From the IMG/VR virus record IMGVR_UViG_3300049846_000628, positions 124,001 through 188,000 of that record: 64,000 bases of DNA; one strand, given 5' to 3'. A program made the translations under genes and the position numbers. The stretch's first letter is position 1; every line of letters begins with the position of its first letter. The notes under the pieces are model-generated. The model searched no databases and was not told the origin of the DNA. It was given only the letters and a program-made list of their open reading frames with translations. Positions 60,406 through 64,000 of this stretch are shown in pieces.

Positions 60406-61005
60406 TTAGAGTTTTTGATGATTTGCTATTTTTAAAATATGGTTCATAAATGAAGAAACATTCATATCACTTTTCATATAGTTACATTTAGTACAACAGG
60501 GGACACAATTTTCTTTTTCATATCCTCTCATACTATCTATTCGGTCAATTCCATTGTAAGGAACAGGAACACCTACATATTTCCCCCTACCTCTGTGAGG
60601 TTGCTTTAACTCTGGTTCTGAACCACAATAATAACAATTTCGTTTAATAATTTCAAGATATTCTTCTTTTGATAAATCAAAATTTATATTTCTAGTTTTT
60701 GCTCCAGATTGATATTGTTCGTAAATGTATCTATAGACACTTTCTGGTTTTCTTCTTTTTTGAGCATTAAAGTTGTTTCTGTAAGTATGTTTGCAACCAC
60801 AACTTTTTGCTCTGTCTAGTTCATTTTTACACACAAAACTATCATATCTAAAAACTTTTTCTGTTCCACAAACACATCTACACAAAAGTTTTTTTCTTTT
60901 TCTGCCATTTGAATAAGTTTCATAAAAAGGATTAGATATAACTTCAAGATGATAAAATTTATCGCCCACCTTTATCTCAGGGTGTTTTTTATATTCTCTA
61001 GTCAT
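60406..61005 (-). CDS. HNH-type homing endonuclease
   Basis: C.CVCG, KSCGC, CYYCG, NGIDRIDS..GY..NCVPCCTKCNYMK. Confidence 0.85.
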   Translation of the reverse strand: MTREYKKHPEIKVGDKFYHLEVISNPFYETYSNGRKRKKLLCRCVCGTEKVFRYDSFVCKNELDRAKSCGCKHTYRNNFNAQKRRKPESVYRYIYEQYQSGAKTRNINFDLSKEEYLEIIKRNCYYCGSEPELKQPHRGRGKYVGVPVPYNGIDRIDSMRGYEKENCVPCCTKCNYMKSDMNVSSFMNHILKIANHQKL

Positions 61006-61053
61006 ATTATAAACCAGGTTGGAATGTTTAAATTATTTATATTATAACCTGGT

Positions 61054-61293
61054 TTATAATTTTTTTACTGTTGATCCTGGAGCTCTGCTGGCTTTTTCAA
61101 GGACAGTGTTCCAGGAAGGATGTTTGGAGGTGAGTTTATTCCTCCAATCACCCACTTCACCAACATTCATTTGTGTTGGAATAAGTGGTTTAAGGTGAGG
61201 ATTTTCTTTAAGATATGGTTCCTTTTCTGCCATAAGCATCCATTTTTCAAAGATTTCACCAGTTTCTGTATTTTCAAATCTATAGGTCGGCAT
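61054..61293 (-). CDS. FmdB-like conserved protein
   Basis: MPTYRFENTETGE N-terminus; usual position between thyX and phoH. Confidence 0.65.
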   Translation of the reverse strand: MPTYRFENTETGEIFEKWMLMAEKEPYLKENPHLKPLIPTQMNVGEVGDWRNKLTSKHPSWNTVLEKASRAPGSTVKKL

Positions 61294-61319
61294 AAAGTTA
61301 CGAATTCAAGATAATTTAT

Positions 61320-61955
61320 TTAGATCCACTCTAGAGCTTCAGACACTGAGGGGAATTGCTCCTTAAAAACTTCTTTGCAAGCAAGTGCAATATCCATATG
61401 CTCTTTCTGAGTACCGTTTGCAGAACGCAGATTGATATAATGTATCCACGAACGGCAAGAACCGGTCATATAGATGCGTGTGGGCGTCGCCAAGGGCAAT
61501 ACAAACCTTGAACACTCCTTTGCTACTCCGTGAGCAAGAAGTTCCTTGTAGAGGCGCATAGACTGTGCAAAATGCTCTTGAATTTTACTCTGCAAAGTCA
61601 GTTTCTCATACTCAGGAATATCATCAATTGAGTTCTGACGATTCTTAGTATCCTGACGACGAAGTTCTGGTACAGGAATGTATTCGGAAATCAGAGAAGT
61701 ATCAGCATACCGTTGCGAAAATTCTTGATATGTAAATGAACGGTGACGAAGGATTTGAGCTGCGATTCCACGATTTGTTTCAATCTCAAGAGTCATAGAA
61801 GACTGTTCAAAAACAGACCAATGATTGTGATTAATACAATAAGCAAGCAACTTGGCATAGTTTTCGTTGTCTTGATTCGCAGGATTAGAAACTCGCGCAA
61901 TATACGCCATTGTTTTTTCTGCATCGGGAGTCACCGAAATAAGTTTTACAGTCAT
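61320..61955 (-). CDS. thyX: FAD-dependent thymidylate synthase
   Basis: HWSVFE, QILRHRSFTYQEFSQRY, Q.EH. Confidence 0.96.
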   Translation of the reverse strand: MTVKLISVTPDAEKTMAYIARVSNPANQDNENYAKLLAYCINHNHWSVFEQSSMTLEIETNRGIAAQILRHRSFTYQEFSQRYADTSLISEYIPVPELRRQDTKNRQNSIDDIPEYEKLTLQSKIQEHFAQSMRLYKELLAHGVAKECSRFVLPLATPTRIYMTGSCRSWIHYINLRSANGTQKEHMDIALACKEVFKEQFPSVSEALEWI

Positions 61956-62285
61956 TTCTTTCCAAATCCTTTTGATGTTTTTGCTTCGAGTTCTGCGAGT
62001 TCTTCTTTTAGTGCTCGCAGTTGTTGTTTCATTTCTAAAATTTTTTCATCTGTATAAAGATGCTCTTGCTTCACAAGGCGTTCAAGCAACTTTATAAGTT
62101 TCCGTGCTCTACTAGTCATCTAAATCAGAGTCCTCAAAAATTTCGTCGTAATCTAAAATCGGTCTTTTTCTCACATCTGGTTCTGTGTATTTGTATGCAG
62201 ATGTATCAGAATAAACTTCTGCTTTCAGAGAATCAACCAATAATTCAAGATTACGGACAATCAGTTTTAGTTTGTCCTTGTCCAT
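61952..62285 (-). other. Two small hypothetical ORFs (61952-62119, 62112-62285)
   Basis: Hand-translated MTSRARKLIKLL...KGFGKK and MDKDKLKLIVRNLELL...DSDLDD. Confidence 0.7.
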
Positions 62286-62434
62286 AAGATACCATTCTCT
62301 CTCAGGATTTTAGCATAAAAAAAGGAGGGGATCAACCCTATAATTATATAAGTTTTTTTGTAATATTTGTTACAATTTTATAAAATCTTAAGGGACAAAA
62401 AAATTGCCGGGAATTTTTCCCAGCATTTGGTAAA

Positions 62435-63794
62435 TCACTTTCGCTTTTTCTTTTCGGGTGACTTGTAACCCCACAGTTTTGGATTGACTCGCCCATATCC
62501 AAAGTCAATACTCTTCAGATTCCCACGAAACTTGTCCCAGTACATATCAAACAAACGAACTCTTGTTCCTCTTGTAAGATCAAAACAAATTTTATCATCC
62601 ACAGAATACTTGATGATATAAGCATCGTTGGGTGCATCTTTCGTACAGACTTCAGCATAAGAACTGTTTTCAATTAGAATATCACATCCGTAGCGTGACT
62701 TACAGGTTTCTTTTTCTGCTGATGTCCAGTGGTCCATATGCTTTTCTATATTTTGTGGTGTTTGAGTTACATCACGAACTTGACTCACGAACGACCTCCC
62801 CAATGAATATCTGGATAAGCTTCAGCAACGATCTCTTTTGTGATCTTATACTTATCACCAAGTTTTTTATCCTTTACAAGGCAAACAATTTCTGCTTCAA
62901 GAGGATGAAGCCCTTCAAGGATTGAAATGAACATTGATTCTCTACGAATATTATTCAGTCCATCATTACCACCTTTTACAAAGTGATAGAAGTTCTTGAA
63001 CTCTTTACGGATTGTTGTACGTCCCTGATTATCACTAGATCCAAGAGAGAAGGATCCAGTCTCGTGCATCTTACGGACTTCCTCAGTGATTTTAGTGCTT
63101 AAGGTTCCATTGTAGGAAGTTTGATCCGAGTATCCTGAGTAAGGAACTGGTCCTTCAGGAAGCATTGAAATTACAGTCTCATCAAAGTTCCAAATGAGAA
63201 CTGCTTTCAACGATGGATGCTCATACTTTTTAAGGATCTCCACCTTTTTAGCATTTGACCTTTGCCTTGATACAAGATCAAAAATCTCAAATGTAAAAGG
63301 ATTTGATGGGAGATTATCTACAACTGCTGGAGTTGTGGGTTTTTTTGTCTGAACTACCTTTGCTTTAGGCGTCGTCGTCTTCTTCTGTGTCGTAGTCATA
63401 ATAGTTTTCAAAATTAAATGCAATTACTTCGTCAGGTATAAGATTACCTTGTTGGTCGAACATCTCAGGATGAGGTCTAGGAATTTCCCGATAGTTCATC
63501 ATATATTCTCTTGCTACCCAACCAGTTACAAGTCCCACTATAAGAAACAAAACGGTTAAAAATGAACCGAAAACTAGGCTAACTGCGAGCATTTTTCTTT
63601 CTCCGGGAAACTACTGTTTTTTTCTTTACATCTAAAGAAAATTCAAAATAGATGGTTACTTCCCGATGGAGAAAGCAAACCAATTTCTGAAAAATAATGT
63701 GGAAGTATTTGGGTTGCTTTCTTTTCCCTCCATTTAGAAAAATTTCAACACCACGATTCCTGTGGTTAAACTTATTTATGTTCGTATCAGACAA
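62435..63794 (-). other. Four hypothetical ORFs (62435-62803, 62785-63399, 63365-63592 with TM helix, 63579-63794)
   Basis: Overlapping co-oriented ORFs; 62785-63399 has a RRESMFI.ILEGLHP.EA motif common in T4-like phages. Confidence 0.75.
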
Positions 63795-64000
63795 TTTGTT
63801 TTTCTTTCAGGAATTTTACAGTGTCCGTACACCCACCCAATTTTTGATTATCACAGATAACTTGAGGGAATGTAGTTCCTTCACCAAACTCAGCATAAAA
63901 TTCATCTTTGGTGAAGTGCTCATCAAGATTATACACTACAAAGTTGCTTCCCGTCAACTCTAATACTTGTTTGACCTTGTAACAATAAGGACAATTATCT
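63787..64000 (-). CDS. Glutaredoxin (5' end beyond window)
   Basis: Hand-translated DNCPYCYKVK...TTFPQV...LGGCTD. Confidence 0.92.
   Translation of the reverse strand, partial: DNCPYCYKVKQVLELTGSNFVVYNLDEHFTKDEFYAEFGEGTTFPQVICDNQKLGGCTDTVKFLKEKQIV

Noticed and set aside
59649-61955. Group I intron or intein in thyX or phoH
   Set aside because: Both ORFs are continuous and of normal length; the HNH gene is intergenic
1-64000. Stop-codon reassignment
   Set aside because: Core genes translate full length with the standard code and no suppressor tRNA is present

Overview
A 64-kb segment of a large T4-like cyanophage (cyanomyovirus), most likely infecting a GC-rich picocyanobacterium. It carries baseplate and tail genes (gp6, gp25, gp5, gp26, gp51, gp54-like, gp48, gp53, fibre proteins), gp4, gp2-like, gp32, gp59, gp33, an exonuclease, phoH, thyX, glutaredoxin, CP12, speD, rmlB, a DNA methyltransferase, a Mom-like protein, a helicase, five free-standing homing endonucleases and three tRNAs. 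Most genes are on the minus strand. About 5.5-32.8 kb is a hyperplastic early region of small ORFs. The most striking non-gene structure: (1) about 19 copies of a 24-bp palindrome (TGTG[A/C]CAGTT-N4-AACTG[G/T]CACA-like), almost all 30-32 bp upstream of a -10 box; these divide the early region into promoter-ORF cassettes, seven upstream ORFs stop at the same position inside the palindrome, and one copy is bidirectional and appears to drive a small non-coding RNA. (2) A covarying lock-and-key RNA module upstream of two GIY-YIG endonucleases and one nuclease-less relative; the latter also replaced the C-terminus of gp59. (3) An origin-like locus at 12.85-13.63 kb with strand-biased repeats, a consensus promoter, an 11-bp tandem array and an AT-rich tract. 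(4) A non-canonical tRNA-Ile(UAU). Protein calls come from motif recognition only; no searches were run.
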